From Amphiscolops sp. MND2022 (lineage: Eukaryota), in the NCBI GenBank assembly GCA_964187785.1, contig OZ076413.1:33480001-33544000 (forward strand): 64,000 bases of DNA, written 5' to 3'. The notes below the pieces were generated by a model. It saw nothing but the letters and a program-made list of their open reading frames with translations, did not search any database and was not told the origin of the DNA. Numbering within the stretch: the first letter of the stretch is position 1; each line of letters begins with the position of its first letter. Below are positions 48,364-63,151 of the stretch, piece after piece. The position numbers were made by a program, and so were the translations under genes.

Positions 48364-51300
48364 TGTACCGGGGTAGCTCTCAAGCTACAACGGGGGAAGT
48401 CAAGAACTCAAGAACTCAAATTGCAAAATGACATAAGTTTGAGTATGCGGTAGACAAAATCAATTTTTGTTCTCCGGGGATTGGAACTCCAGACCTTCTT
48501 GTGAGCCATTATTGAGTTTGCCACAGCACCAACATCGTACATAAGGGAATTGAATATACTTTAGTATTTCAGTTGGGTGTCTGCAGCAGCAGTAAAACTT
48601 TAAAACGATGGCTGGTTTTCTTTATTCTCTTCACACACTAAACCTCCTCCCCCGTCCCCGTGAGGAGGGAATCCAGATCTGAGCAATATTCCCTTAGGAA
48701 ATTGGAACTTACTCGTGAGAGCGAGGCTGGAGTGGGTGCGTGGGCACGAATCCACCAACCGACCTGGCGGCTCAAAATGGATCGCAGTCAAAGGACGTTA
48801 CCGCTGTAACACTGCACGCAGTTTCATTATCGTTCGTACTGCTACTATTTGAGTGCATGATGTTGAACGTTTGCATTGTGGAGGTCATTGTCCCTAACTG
48901 GTAGACGTCTCAGCTTGCTGACAGGCCTTGTGAAATCACCGCGCGATGTTCTCACCAACACCATTCGAGCTAAGCCATCGTGACCTAGCTTCAATTGCAT
49001 CACTCGACCAATACTCCATTGCAGCGGGGGTATGCCATTGTCTGTGTTCAGTGCTACGTCATCAACTGAGAAGTTTTTAAGCTCTTGTCGCCAATTGCCT
49101 CAATGCTGAAGTGATGCTACATACTCCAGTGTTGTGGGATAGCATCCAATCAGCTGCCACTGACTAGCATCGACGGAGTGAGCGCAATGATGTCATCTGG
49201 GTTATTTGTGACAGCCATCAGTTGACGATTGTTCAATACTTGTTTTATTTGGTACAAAATGGTTGTCAACTCCTCGCATTTGAGAATGAAACTGCCCATG
49301 ACCCTTCGCAAATGATGCTTCATCGACTCCACATCTGCTTCCGATAGCCCGCCAGAGTTGTGTGAGTGAGCAGGAAAGAAGAGCCATTCAATGCTGCTGT
49401 ATGATTGTGCCCCAGCCAGGACCACTTTCTCCAAATCATTGAGGTCACGCCTTGCACCCACCAAGTTGTACGCATTGTCGGACACAATTTGACTTGGGAT
49501 TCCTCGTCTTGCAATGACTTGTCTTTGAGCTGCCACCATCGCATCTGACGTTAATGACGACGCCGCTGCCTCTAGATGAACAACTTTTGATGCAAAACAT
49601 ATTGAAACAGCTACGTAACCTCTGATCGTCAGTCATTGAGTAGGCTCGTGGGCCAATCTGCCGCCGACCCTGATGAAGCCGTTGTCCATGAATGGGTAGA
49701 GGGGCGCTATTCAGCTCTTCGGTTTGATGGACTCACCATTTGAGAAATGTCGATCCCAACCATGATAGTCCTTCAAACCAGAACTTCTGCTGAGCCACCA
49801 GCTGCGTTGCTAGCAGTCCACGTGAGCACAGATCTGCTGGGTAATCTTCGGAGGCACGTGAACGAATTGAGTAGCATTGAATGAAATTGAGAGACACGGT
49901 TAGACAGAAATAACTGCCATTGACCGGGATCTGCCTTGATCCATGAGAGGGCGATCATTGAGTCTGAGTACAACACTGAGATATCCAGTGCGTGCTGCAA
50001 TTTTGATAGTGCCCCGTAACCGCAGGTGCAAGTTTGGCATTAGTGTGCAACGCTATTAGCTCGAGGCGAGGTAGAGTTGAGGGTTTGATTGCAGCCAACT
50101 TGCATTTGGAGGAAATGAGGGTTGAGGAGACGATGTCATCATTTACTGAGACCAGATAAACACAAGCACTGTATGCTTTTTCGGAAGCATCACAGAAGAC
50201 TTGCAAGGACGCTTCATCGTACAAGAGGATTGGTAGCACCTCCTGGGGTATCTTGAGTTGTGAGAGCGAGCACTTTTCGTCTTTCCAGTTCGTGTATGCC
50301 CGTGACACACCATCTGGAACTGTATCATTCGAGATCCAGCTTACAGGACGACTGAATGACGACCTTGGCGCTATGAGGCAAATTGGATCGAAATACTTTG
50401 AAACACCACTATGTAAACTTCTTTTTGTAATCTTTGAAACACACTTACTACTTCCTGTGTACACGAAGTGGTCATCTAGAGGGTGCCACGTCAGTCTCAG
50501 GATTTTGATTTGATTGGTTTTGTCATCGATTTCGAAAGCTTTGCCAGCTTCTTGAAAGTCTTTGGGAAGACGCGTGACCAGTTGGGTTCGTTGCTGCTCC
50601 AATTGCGTAGTGAGTGACAGTTCTTGTTGAGGGTTTCAATCAGATCGTCTTGAAGCACACATGCTTCCTCCAGTGTATCAGAGCCACTAAGTAAATCGTC
50701 AACGCAAAATTCCTTGAGAATCATATTGACTGTGTTGGGATTGCGTCAGTGTATTTTACGACTTCCTTGAAGTGCTCGGGTTGAATTGTGGGTGGAGCTG
50801 GCAACACCAAACGTCACAAGAGTCATACGCACTTTTCGGATATCGTCTTTCACGTAGACAGGCCACAGAATTCGATGGAAGTCACAATCTGACTCGTATG
50901 AAGTCACATGCCGGTACACCGTTGCCACATCTGCCGACAACGCATGTTGATGGAGGCGAAAGGGTATGAGGATGTCAAAACGTCGTCTTGTAGGCGGGGT
51001 CCAAGCAGCAGACAATCTTTGGGGGAAAAGCTATTCGTAGACCCGCTGCTGGAATCAAACACGAGACGAAGCTTGGACGTTGTACTAGTCTTGAACACAC
51101 AGTGATGGGGTAAGTAAAAGCACAATCCTGAATTCTGAGGAGCTTCTTCCAATAAACCCATGTCTACAAATTCCTTGATGAACGTAGATACTGTTCCTTC
51201 ACATCATCATCATCATTCTTGAGTTTCTTTTCCAGTGCGAACAATATCTGCTTTGTTGTTTGAAGGTTGTTCGAGGGACGTGACTCAGGCATGAAAGCGG

Positions 51301-53430
51301 GATGAACTGTGATTCGGCCGTCATCAGCAACGGAGGTCATTTTTTCGTTGTACACGCTGACGATTTTCTTTGGCTTCATTCGAGGAACGTCTTCTATTTC
51401 CCAGGAGCGAGCAAGGTCCAGTTCCACTGAAACTTGGAAGGGTTGAGATTGGTAGACACGCTCATGGGACAACATTCCAGTAACCACCCAGCTGAAGGTT
51501 GATTTCCGATAGTGCAGCCCTTGATACTTTTTCACTTCCGTTCGTCCAGAACGGATCCTCGTACACATCCGCGCTCAACAGAGATTGAACGGGGCTAGGT
51601 TGACAGGAATTGTTATGTTGTTGTCCGCTATTGCTACACTTTTCACTGACATTAACTGTTTCAAGTTATTGGATTGAGAACTTGATGTACCTGCGATTGA
51701 GTTCAGCACCATGGGACTTTTGGGGACCAACTAGGAGATTTTGACGTCGACTATTGAACGGGCAAGGTTGAGTTTTGACGCAGCATCAGCTGCGATTAAG
51801 GATGTTTGGGGCCCAGAGTCCAGCCAGGCTCGAAACATCAACTTCTTTCCAGGTGTATCATCTATACCAACTATTGCTGTTGACAGTAAAAATGAGAGAC
51901 CACTGAGTTTTGCTCTACTCGTCACACCAACTTGCTGCTTGACTGGACGATCAAAGTGCAATGATTTATGATGCCTCTCGTTGCAAGTGCGGCAACTCAA
52001 CTTCGATAGAAAGTCAGCCATGAATTGGCTCCCCGTACGGTTCTTGCAAAGTTTGAGCTTCCTCACCACTGCCTTTGTCTCACTGGAGCCCAACTGCTTG
52101 CAGCGATCACACTGGAAGATGGAATGGAACCCATTGCATTCTTTCACCTGCCAACTTGCGGAGTGCCCAACAGTTGAAGAGTAGGCTTCTTCATGCACCT
52201 TTTTAGGAGTTGTCTTGGGAACGGAAGCTTCAGGCTAGTAATCCACTGGATTGCATGCACGGCTTCGTCTATCCATGAATGTATTCAACTCTTTGAATGT
52301 CGACACATCTGTGCCGGTAAAGACAATTCAAATTGATACCTTGATTCGGCATCAAGTTCCTCCAGCAACCAGTACACTAGTATTGCATCCATTCATCCTC
52401 AGACAACATCAATGCCAGTGTTTGCACATTTTTATTCTTCGACTCCAGCAATCTGCGCAGCTCGGCACTTGACTACTTGTCAATGACTGGTAGGGCATGA
52501 ATTGCCGGTAGGTGCGCCTTCACGATTCAACAATTGTTGTTGAGGAGCTCTTCTAACTTTCGCTTTGCAATGTCGTAGTTTGCATCAGTTTGCAACAACA
52601 ATGAGAGACTATCTGAGCTGCATCACCCTTCAGTGACAATTTGAGGTACGATAGCTTGTCAACGTTAGCAATAACGATTTTACTGTCAACCGGTGTTGTA
52701 ATTTAGTCTCAGAACGAAACACAATGTGTGTATTCACCGCCAAAGAATGGAAGGGTCAGCTTGGGGAGATTTGTGGTCAAACTGCCATTTGATGGATCGG
52801 ATCCGCTGCGCCTCTTGTGCTTGGAGGCTGCAGCACCTTGATCTTGCCCTGGCACCATTTCACTGCTTGAGGAAATCAGCAGCATCCTTCACATCGGCCT
52901 CTAGGTCGTCGTCGTCGTCTTCAATGAGTTGTTGTGAATCTGTGCAACCGACTCAATCGGGAGCTTACGAGAATTGATGAACGAACTCCAGTGTTGCTTG
53001 AACATCCTCACGTGGTCCACCGGCTTACTGGATTGCTGGTGCCCGTCTGGTGAGAGCGCAACGATGAGCCCCTCTCGATCTCATCAACTGAGGCGGCTTC
53101 AACACACCAGCAGATTCCTCTGAACCTCTGCTCTTGACATTCCGTCGAAGTCACCAGTGTTTCAGGGTAGCTCTCAAGAAAGAGAACTCGAGAAAAAGTT
53201 CGAACAAAAGAGAAAGAACGAACTCAAAGATAGTCAACTTATTGAGATTTGGGTCTTGTCTCAAGGCAAGAACTCTGTAATTGATAACGTTTATTGATAG
53301 TATTATTGAAAGATAAACGATACAAGAAGTAAGAAATGAGAACTCGTTATCAGCGGGTTGTTGAACCAGCAAATTAGGAACTTGAAGCCAACGAGACAAC
53401 AAAAAGGTCTTTGCAGGTTGTTACAGACAT
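48364..53430 (-). mobile_element. BEL/Pao LTR retrotransposon remnant (gag-PR-RT-RH-IN)
   Basis: DKLSYLKLSLKGDA (gag); Cys/His knuckles; RAWLDSGPQTS (PR); FYLPHHCVFK..KLRLVFD and FCVDDLL (RT); LQVFCDASEKAY..TLPRLEL (Pao RNase H); RRGIPSQIVSDNA (IN); PBS-like TGGTGACTTCGAC at 53156; PPT-like GGGGACGGGGAGGAGG near 48650. LTR limits are uncertain. Confidence 0.88.
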
Positions 53431-54029
53431 AAACGTATAGGTAAATGAGCAAAAATAGGTTAATAGAAGAACTTAGCATTATGATTAAGTGTTAGATAAA
53501 GTGTATGATTGATCAAAACTACAGTTCAGAAATCAGAAAAAGAGGAACAAAGAAAACAAAAAGAAGCGCCGTCACAGATTCGAACTCGCGCCGACCGGTG
53601 CGGAGGCAAAGACTGATCCACTATGCTATGAAGTCATGCTCCAACAATACTAAAACCAAATCCATGCAAGTTGTAAACATGATCATACAACCGTTATTAT
53701 TTGACAACAGCCTTCTTATTTTACGTCCACACTTCATATGGAAAAAGAAAATATTTGAATCGAACGGGTTTTTTCTTTTACAAAAGTTGCCAAGCACCAA
53801 GTTTATTTGCAAGCTAAAGGGATTCTGACGTTATACTAGTATTATAGTATTATGCGGTATGTATTTATAGAGATTTTAAAGACTTCGTGGTTTACCCCGA
53901 AGACCCAGAATGACTCAGAGTTGACCCCGAAAACAGTAAATCTGCAACATTTTCCAATTTTTATCGTTTTATGCATTTTTTTTTCAAATTTTCTATGATT
54001 TTTGTGGCTTAGGATATTGAAAACGTTCG

Positions 54030-54800
54030 AAAGGGAAAAATTTTGTTATCCAAGATGCTTTATTGAAGAAATAAAGGCAACTTTCTAATAAAAACGCCCT
54101 CAAACGGAGATCGAAAAGAAAATAATTTCCAACAAATTCAGCTTTTAAACGTTTTTTGCAATTTTTGTCAATATTTTGAATTCACGTGCTAGCTTTGAAA
54201 GTCAACAACGTTCCACGTCACCGAGGAAAAATTCGTTGTCCACGATGCTTCTTCGAAGAGATAAAAGCAATTCGTTTTGGAGAAATGCCTCTAATTCAGG
54301 CTGAAATGGAAAAAGATTTCAAAAAAATAGTTTTGAAAAAATATATACACTTTTTCTACTAATTTTTGAAGAACTTGGTGGCTAAGAATGTCACAGACGT
54401 TCAAAAAGGAAACGATTTGTTATTTGGGAGATTTTTTCGAGGATATAAAAGCAATTAGTTTCAAAACAATGCATCAAACATGGACTGAAATTGACAAAAG
54501 CACCAAAAAAATCACATTTTCATGCATTTTTCAAAGTTCATGCAAAAGTTTCATGCATTGTTGTGTATTTATCGAAAACCTTGGTGTCTGATAAAAGAAA
54601 AACGTTCGACAAGGAACAAATTTGTTGTCCGCGAGGCTTATGTTAAGAAATAAACGAAGTTTTTGATAGGAAAAACCGCTTAAGTTGCGACCAAAAATGA
54701 CAAAAGCTCCAAAATATACGTTTTTCTTGTTTTTCTGCATTTTTTGTCAAATTTCGAAAAAAAATTATAGATTAAAACGTTGAATACGTTCAAAAACGAA
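54030..54800. repeat. Diverged AT-rich tandem array, period ~190-200 bp, ~4 units
   Basis: ggaaaaatt.gtt(g/a)tcc..gatgctt..t.aaga.ataaa recurs near 54030, 54225, 54408 and 54613. Confidence 0.55.
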
Positions 54801-56420
54801 TGAATACGGAGTCCAATAGTGTTGTTTCGGGAAATGAATTCAGTTTTGAAAAAATAAGCCAAAATGACCCTAAAAAAGTCAAAAAAGTTTTATTTTTTTT
54901 TCATTTTTGTATTATCTGTAAAAGCAAGCTGTTATCGGTCTCTTAACGCGTTAACAGAGGTGGAAGATCTTGCAGAAACAGGTGAGGTGCTCGGGACTGT
55001 CGCCCATTGCTTTAGATCCATTTGCTTCCAGGGATGGATTACGTCCCGGGATGTGTGTGCTTCGACGAATATTGTCCGATCGGTCCTAGTTTTAGATTGC
55101 TTAAAGTAACGGGAATCTTTTTGGCTCTCTAAAGACCACTGCTTAACTAGAACTTAAAATCAATGCTACAAATAAGGCAAACTACAGTTCCAGGGTGACA
55201 TCGGAATAGTCTCTAAAATCCGGAATTGTATCTAAGATCGTAAAAACTTGCACTGGGGCGCATGGGCTCCAAGTACCAAACAATATTCTTAAGCGAAAAG
55301 ACTCGTTTTAACGGTTGCCGCTTCATAGGATAGCATAATACTCAAAATCGATGAAAACCGGGTACTAGCACCAAAAAAGATCTTTATATGAGTTTTCTCA
55401 GGCAATTGGGCTCTCAGGCCCTGTCGTTCTCAGTGTTCTCGCTCGGTCTGGCCTCCTCTTCGTTTTGCATTGAAAAGGGCGAAAACAACGAGAAGAGCAA
55501 TCACATGCTCAGTGCCACGTCACACATCTACTTAGAATTTTTGACAAACTTTCAGAACATCTCAAAGTTGTAAAATTTGCTTTACCAGAGAGTGCCGTTA
55601 CATTCCAACGCAAGTTTCGTAAAAATTTTGACGTTTTCATGGATTAGAACTCTGAAACTGTTGAACAACAACTGAAGTTTGTCGTTTTTCCTGCTGTTTG
55701 TCTACAGTTTCTGAAAGTTTTTGATGACTAAGAAAACTTAAAACACTCAAAAACGAATAAACTAGCTATGCAGTATGCTATTTTGAAGAGAGTGCAGTAA
55801 TTAGCTTCGAAATATCTTCAAAAATGACCCTGACCAGTCGGAAAGGAACAAAAGTCCAGTTTCAACGTTTGTCATGCAAAGTAATGAATTTATGAAGAAG
55901 TTTCTATCGTTGGAAGAAGTAAAACGTTCAACAGCGTTGTTCAGTAGGCTTTTTGAAGGTCAATTGCAGTTTCACGTTTGAAAAGAGGCGTCAAATCAGT
56001 CGAAAACAATTTGGCAGTTGGACGACAAATCAATGAATTTTTAATAGAGTTTACCAATATTCCAAAATATTCTATAAGTCTAAATTTATTTAAGTAGGCA
56101 TGCATGCAGAAAGTTTAAAAATAGAAATTGTTTAGGTAAAAAGTTCGTCAGAACGAATTGAAGCTAGTGAAACTCCATTTTTTTGGTTTTTGGTTTTCGA
56201 ATTGTTGATATACTTTTGTTGTAAACGTTTCGAGCACTCTTGAAATCTGATAACAACTGGACCCATTATCCAATAGGCGTTTTCAAAAACGACATCTAGG
56301 TTTTCGAAAAGTTCTAATGACCGCAAAGTTGTCGAAAAAGCAAAATTTTCCAAATTTTGACGTTTTTGGTGACTTCGCGCAAATTTTCAAAAAATATTAT
56401 TAATTGGGGGTTGGTATACG

Positions 56421-56620
56421 NNNNNNNNNNNNNNNNNNNNNNNNNNNNNNNNNNNNNNNNNNNNNNNNNNNNNNNNNNNNNNNNNNNNNNNNNNNNNNNN
56501 NNNNNNNNNNNNNNNNNNNNNNNNNNNNNNNNNNNNNNNNNNNNNNNNNNNNNNNNNNNNNNNNNNNNNNNNNNNNNNNNNNNNNNNNNNNNNNNNNNNN
56601 NNNNNNNNNNNNNNNNNNNN
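56421..56620. other. Assembly gap (200 N)
   Basis: Run of N. Confidence 1.
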
Positions 56621-56844
56621 AATGACTAGGATGGGTGAAACTTTTTTTTGTGAATTTTGAATTTTTGTTGCACTTTTTTGTCAAATAGGGCCAAAAATGG
56701 CCTTTTTTGCGTATTTTTTGCTTGACAAGCGAATAGCTTGCGTTGAGTTGGTACTAGCGATATGGGTGTGGGGTATGGATTTGTAGGCGGTCTAAGTTCC
56801 TTTCTAATGATGTTTTTCAATTTTCGCTCACATCACCCCCAACG

Positions 56845-57180
56845 CCGGAAATGCCCGATTTGTCACTTCCGGTCGCAATTTTCCACTTTTTTGGATGAAA
56901 TCAGAGCCCATTTCCGGTGTGAAGGAGTGGGCTGAGCGCGCCATCAGCATATTACTAAAAGTAGGTTTAGACAAAGTCCTTTCAGGAACAGTATGGCTTG
57001 AGCCTCCACCTATCACCCCCTCACCGGAAATATGGTTCACGCCTCCTTTTTCTGTGTTGCAAAAGTGAGATGTGCACATTTAGCCAACTCTCAAGCCCGG
57101 ATCATCGTGGTACCCTAGTACTTTCTAAACACCAGTCCCTCACTCTACCGGAAGTGACCGGAAGTTGCACCGGAAATGAC
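56845..57180. repeat. Cluster of CCGGAA(A/G)T motifs in both orientations
   Basis: About seven copies, including accggaagtgaccggaagttgcaccggaaatg at ~57148. Confidence 0.5.
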
Positions 57181-59778
57181 ATTCTTGGACCGAAAATGGT
57201 CAAAAAGTGTCTTTTTTAGTTCGAAACAGACACTTTTGTTGCAGTTTTGATGCGAAAAGCGTGTTTCATTAAACGCTTGTTGCACTTGAATGTGCCGTCC
57301 TTCAGCGAGAATCCGCAAGACATTAAGTAGCACATCAATTAGTCCGTTGCGTTTCGTGCAAAAGACCCATTTGATCAGAACTGGCCATTTTTGAGTATAA
57401 AACTGCTTTTGCTCTAATTTAAACAGTTTTTTGCGCCATGAAACAGTAAGACGTGCTCGTCGGATGCTGTTTATCAATTCCAAACCACACTGAGTGCTCT
57501 TTAGAACATTAATGTGAGAAGTCCCGATCTCTACCGGATGCCCAGAAATGCGAGTGATAGCCACCTTTGACGTTTGAACGTTAAATGGTTAAAATCTGCA
57601 AATTATTTGTTCCACGATTGTTGCTGAGATTTTATATAAGCAATAAAATCTGCTTGTCGTTAAGTGCTGTAATCTGTGAGATATAAATATTGCTGTGTAA
57701 TAGTATTACATACGTGAATATCCGCCGAAATAATGTAAAAATAATTTTGTATTGAATAAACCAATTTAAGGTCCTCATTGTCCGCATACCCTAAACAACC
57801 CTAAAGTTCCTAGTTTCGATTATCAGGCTTCTGCGACGATTTAGTTGGGATGATAGTTTACAGGTGCTTCGCACAACATGCATTTCAATATGTTCTTGAC
57901 ACATTTATTAGGCTGGTTCACATTGTAATCCAAAACTAGTTGATCATACAAATTGAAACTATCAAAAAGTTTTCAATTGCGTATTAAATCTCTTTAAAAT
58001 GCGTTTCCGTTGAAGCCATTTTGTGACTTTTAGAATAGGTTGAATTAGTTGCAAAAAGAAGCAAGTGCGACACATCGTTTCATACAAAGCATTCAACATC
58101 GTCTTTTTGCGAACAAAGACAAGAATGATTTGTTAGAAGTTATCACCATATCGCTTCGAATCGGTTGTCACAAACAATGAAAGTCCCGTTTTCATTGCTA
58201 CTTCGTAGGCAACGTGAAAACGCAAATCAGTCTAATGAACTATGGAGCTGAAAATAATTTTTTCAAGTCTGGTGTTCAACTTATTCATGTCACTCCAGAT
58301 AATTTTTATGTCATAAGAGTAATAAATGGTATTAGCCAAGGAAAAAACGAACAGTTGTAAAATTAAAACGTCCAAAATGGGAAGAGAAAAACAATTAGTT
58401 ATTCTGTAAAAACAATGATAACGTAAAAGACTTTTTATCGTTCAAGAGTCCAAAACGTGAAGGACTTTTTTTAATATTCAAGAAATCCTAACCTAGCATG
58501 CGTTCCAAATGTCACACATGGTAGCATCGTTTTCAAACCACAGTGCTTTTTAATGAGGTTTAATACTGGCAAAAAGAACTCAGGCCCAACCACGTTCTCA
58601 AAATCCCTACAAAACAACCGATTTCTCTGAAAATCCTAATTGATTCCACAAGGTATATGGTGAAAACCATATTGGGTTCCAAAGATCTAACCTGATTTCT
58701 TGGGTTTGCGAGATAAATCATAACGGAAATATGAAAGCAGGTCGTCTCAATAGAATAGCTGTTGCTCTGCAAGCAAATGGACTTGAGTAGTTGAAAATTA
58801 GTCGAATCGGATTGGTTTCAGGTGGCTCGAAGTGCCAACTGAACCAACCTTTCAAATAATGAAAAACCCTACAACTCCCTTCATGCCATGCTACCCCGTT
58901 TAGCGTCTAAACTTGACAAAAATTGGAACGTTTGATTTAAGCGTCGATTGGGATTGTCACACCAGTGTCGATACTAAATTTGGAAGAGAAATCGCAGAGT
59001 TGATTATCAGTTCTGTCCCGTTGGTTTAGTTTGGCGATGGTACAAAGTAGTGTGGGAAACTAACTTGCATTTCCCCTGAGGGAAAAGAAAAAGTTGTAAC
59101 CTTGAGAAGTTCCGGAATAAATTGAATCATGTTTCATTTTTTGTGAGATCAGATGTCACTCAATTATCAATTTCTGTTTCAAATTTTTGAGGACAATTAT
59201 TCTAAGTTTGCTCGACTGTCTTCGATAATGCAACGATGAACTACTAGTCTGTGCTCGTGAGAAAAAACAACTGCCAGTCCAAAAACAATCTGTATGTATT
59301 TGAGTTATCTTGTAGAAAGTTGCTTTCATACCCCCTGTGACTCAACAAACACCTGTAAGTAAAGAAACCTTTAGCACATTCATCTCTCAATCAACGCCCA
59401 CCGTCCGTAGGCATGCCGAGGCATGCCTTTCGACGACGCGCGCCAAATGCAATCAAACGGCGCGATCACATCCCTGGATCAGAACATGGAAAGTCCTACT
59501 ACCTCCAAACAATCTTGAATTTCTTGCCAAGAGTCTTGCCAAGGTTCTCATCAGAAAATCCGGGAGGTGAACATTTCGAGTAGTTGATACTTTAGTATGG
59601 TTTTGCAAATTGTTGAATTAAGGCCTGTTCACAGTAATTTTGGGCCATGTTATGGAATAAATTACCCTTTTAAAAGCAAATTTACGACCAATTTCAAAAG
59701 CCAATTATCTGCAATTACAAATTCTTCAACTTTTTATTCTTCAATAAACTTTTTTGGGTCCGAAACCCATTGTAATTT

Positions 59779-60080
59779 TTAGATCCTTAATCCATACCAA
59801 TTGGATCTTCTTTTCAATTCTTTCTCAATTGAATTCTCTTCTCAAAAGATCAGAATTTTGCTTGATTCAGATCTGAATATGCAATTGTGAGAGCAGAATT
59901 CAATCCTTTTCTGACTTCAGCTGCATTTTTGCATCTTTCATGATCAATTTGGGGTCTGAAACATGTATTTTTCAGATACTTAATCCAAACCAATTGGATC
60001 TTGTTTTCAATCCTTTTAGATCATAACTTTGCTTGATTCAGATCTGAATTTGAAATTGTGAATGAATCTTGAATCCTCTT
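59779..60080. repeat. Local direct duplication, period ~195 bp
   Basis: ttaatcca.accaattggatctt.ttttcaat and tttgcttgattcagatctgaat each occur twice. Confidence 0.65.
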
Positions 60081-63000
60081 GCATTTTCTTGCCTATTCTA
60101 GGTTTTTCTTGAAGCCAAGAAACCCAAAATTATCCAAGATTTTTATCAAAAGTTCGAAGAATGGCCTGTAAACCTGAGTAGGCTGTTAGAAATAATGTTA
60201 GATATGACTTCCAAAACTTTTCTATTTCCACAACATGTAATGAAAAGCGCTTAGCGTTTGTTCGCTACACAGATTGGAGGAGCTGAGGCTATGGATTAAG
60301 ATTCGGGACTAATCACCATAACTCCAGGAGGAGGGGGAACCGTCTCTAGAGATGCTTTTTGACCTGTTCCGGTCTGTTACTGCTGAGAATAACGGGCATT
60401 ATGCTTGTTCCTTCATAACCACCGTATAAACAGCTTATAAAAAAGGGGCTAAGTTGCATAGAACTAAATTAAACGGTCCAGATGTGAATCTAACGTAAAT
60501 GACATCAACAAGGGTAACTCTCGAATTAAGAATTCATCAAACAAATCGGTAAACACATCAAAGAAGAGTTAAAATTCAGTTTGGCGAATTGGGTCTAGGT
60601 GGCATGGCACTGGCACTCGGGTTTGGCACAACCCTGGGTCCGGATATTGCTGTTACTCCGACATACTGGTTCTGCACGAACTGTGATGGGCACCATGGAA
60701 ATTAGCGCATAGGCTATAGTTTTTCGGTTCCGTGGCGTTTCACGCGCATTTTCTGCTCTTTTTCGACTTTTCGGTTCTTTTTCCGCCTCGCGGGGTCAGC
60801 TTGTTCTGTCTCTTTATGATTTTTGCGGGCTGGTACCTCGTGAAATCATGTTTGAGGTCCACGTCATTTTTGAACGAATTTTTCAGAAAATTGTCATAAC
60901 TTCGAAAATTTTGTTGATCACAGGATGCCGTTACAACACAAGCAAAGTTTTGGGAAAATATAGGAAAATGGGCATATAATAAAGACGATTCAATGGATTT
61001 GTGTGACGTCATCAAAACAGAGTGAAGTAGCGTGTTTGTGGAGTTGATGAAAAGGATTTTCAGCAGACTTTCTCAGTTAAAAACATACCGTGTGGGTTGG
61101 TGGTCGAAGTGCCTGATTTCGAATCATAAAAAATACAGGTATAACCACATAGTTATGAGAAACCTTTTTATATCAAATTTGATATAACAAGAAGGATGTC
61201 AAATAACAAATGATTTCAATCTCCATTGTTCGGTTTTATAAAAGTTTTCTTTTCAAAACCAAACTATGCATTTAATCTAACGTCGTAGGGAAGAATTGAA
61301 AAGTTCCTCATCATGAGGAACTTTGAGCCGGATGATTCGGCTTCCAGCGGACGAAACACGACCCAAATTTTTGAACCAAGTGTTAAAGTGTCACTGTGCA
61401 CTGCCTTAGTGAGAAATACCTCACCTACCTAAATTCAACCAAACTATTGCACCTAATCACTTTCACCAAGTATTTTTCTTCCACAATATTCACAAAGAGT
61501 TGATGCTAGATGAAACTGTGATTTTCGAAGATTTTAGCGTAAAATTTTCGACTTTTCAAGTGCCATTACCTGTCAAAAAAAGCGTTGTTTTTCTATTTTA
61601 AAATTATTTTTGCAAATCTGTAAAATTCCGGCTTCAATTAGACTCATGAAGCCGTAATTTTATAGGTTTTCAAATATTTTTAGAGCCCTTGTTTCAGCCC
61701 TTTTTCATGTCGCATTTACATATACAAATTCACTAGCGTCTGTTCATGTAACGTCTTTAATTTTTTTGCATAGTTCCATTTTGAAGGCATGTTGATGAAA
61801 AACTGCTCAAAAAAGATGAGCAAAAAGCACTGTGCTTTTTATCGAAACAGGGGCTCTGGGGATTACATAATTAGCCGCAAATTCATTCTTGTCTCCTCAA
61901 AGGATGACTAAGATTGTTTGAAAGTCGACCCATGGCTTCGCATTTTTGTCACAATGGGTAAAAACATAACAAAAGGTTGCTCTTCTGAACAAATTCAGGA
62001 AACCATCTTTGAATTACGTCATAGGTGGATGAACCTCCCACCAGTTTAACACTTATACCGCATTCATTGAAACAAAAGATTTTTCTCCACTAACGTCAGT
62101 TTGAACAAATGACGTCATTGGTTATTGTTCGCACAGGTTTTACTTATCATGTGTTATCCAAGAGTTACAAGGAACACTGAAAAAAGCAGTGCTCGAGTTC
62201 CTAAAATTCAAATAAATTATTCACTGATACAAAGGTAAGCCTTTATAAAAGCCACATCAATTGTTTAACCTGAAATTTATAGTTTCATGTTTGGATGTTG
62301 TAGACGTTTGGATGTTGTTGACAAGCTTTCCACAGCCCTGATCTGTTGCTTAGTACTGGGGACCGTTACTAAAAATCCTGCTTTTCGTGTTTTAAAGAGC
62401 TGTAACTTCTCCCGAGCGGAGGTGGTGTTTTTCCTTCGAGCCTAATTCTGCTGAAAGTGTACTTTACCAACTAAAATCTTGACAAGTGTAAAGGCTGATT
62501 CCAATAGCTAAGGTGCTCGAACCGTTGGCCTGTCCCTGGCGTGAATATTACTTTGGAATTTTAGCGAAGTCCCCGAAAACGTTACTAAGCCCTGTTGAAA
62601 ATTGAAGAATTTTATCTTCCAAAACACTCTCAACTTGCTTTAAAGAAGTCATATTTCCGTTCTAATATGGTCATGCAACATCTCAGGTACTTCGACTAGT
62701 AGAATTAACAATATACAAGCCAATATTTATATATAAATAAGAACTTATGAGTGAATATCCAATGGTTTACTACAAGTAATCACACTTTCGTACTCAGTAA
62801 AAAGGCTATGCTGGACACTTTCTGCCTATCTAAGTAGGCTAATATTGACTACAAATACTCAAGTATACTCCCACAACATGTTCACAAACAAATATGGGGG
62901 CTAATGTGGGTTAAATAGGAAATGGGCGGAAATAACTAGCTCAAAAGTGATACAATTCGCAAAGGTCTAAAAAACTCCCCAGAAAAAATAATTATGAAAA

Positions 63001-63151
63001 AATCTCTCCGAATTCCAATTTTATCTTGTGTCCCGGTAGTTTGGCTAAAATGAGGAAGGGTCCTACTTGTTTGGGTTCATTCTTTCATTGGGGTCGAAGT
63101 TATGGATCTCCAAAGTCACCAAATTTGAGGTCCTTTTTTGTGCACTGGTTT

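Noticed and set aside
56357-56684. ORFs spanning the N run
   Set aside because: Artefacts of translating the assembly gap.
57145-57564. 139-aa minus-strand ORF
   Set aside because: No recognisable motif; overlaps repeat-like DNA; probably a chance ORF.
59416-59435. GC hairpin aggcatgcc-ga-ggcatgcct as a Helitron 3' end
   Set aside because: No CTRR terminus at the expected distance on either strand.
60270-60720. GC-richer patches resembling coding exons
   Set aside because: In-frame stops and no recognisable product.
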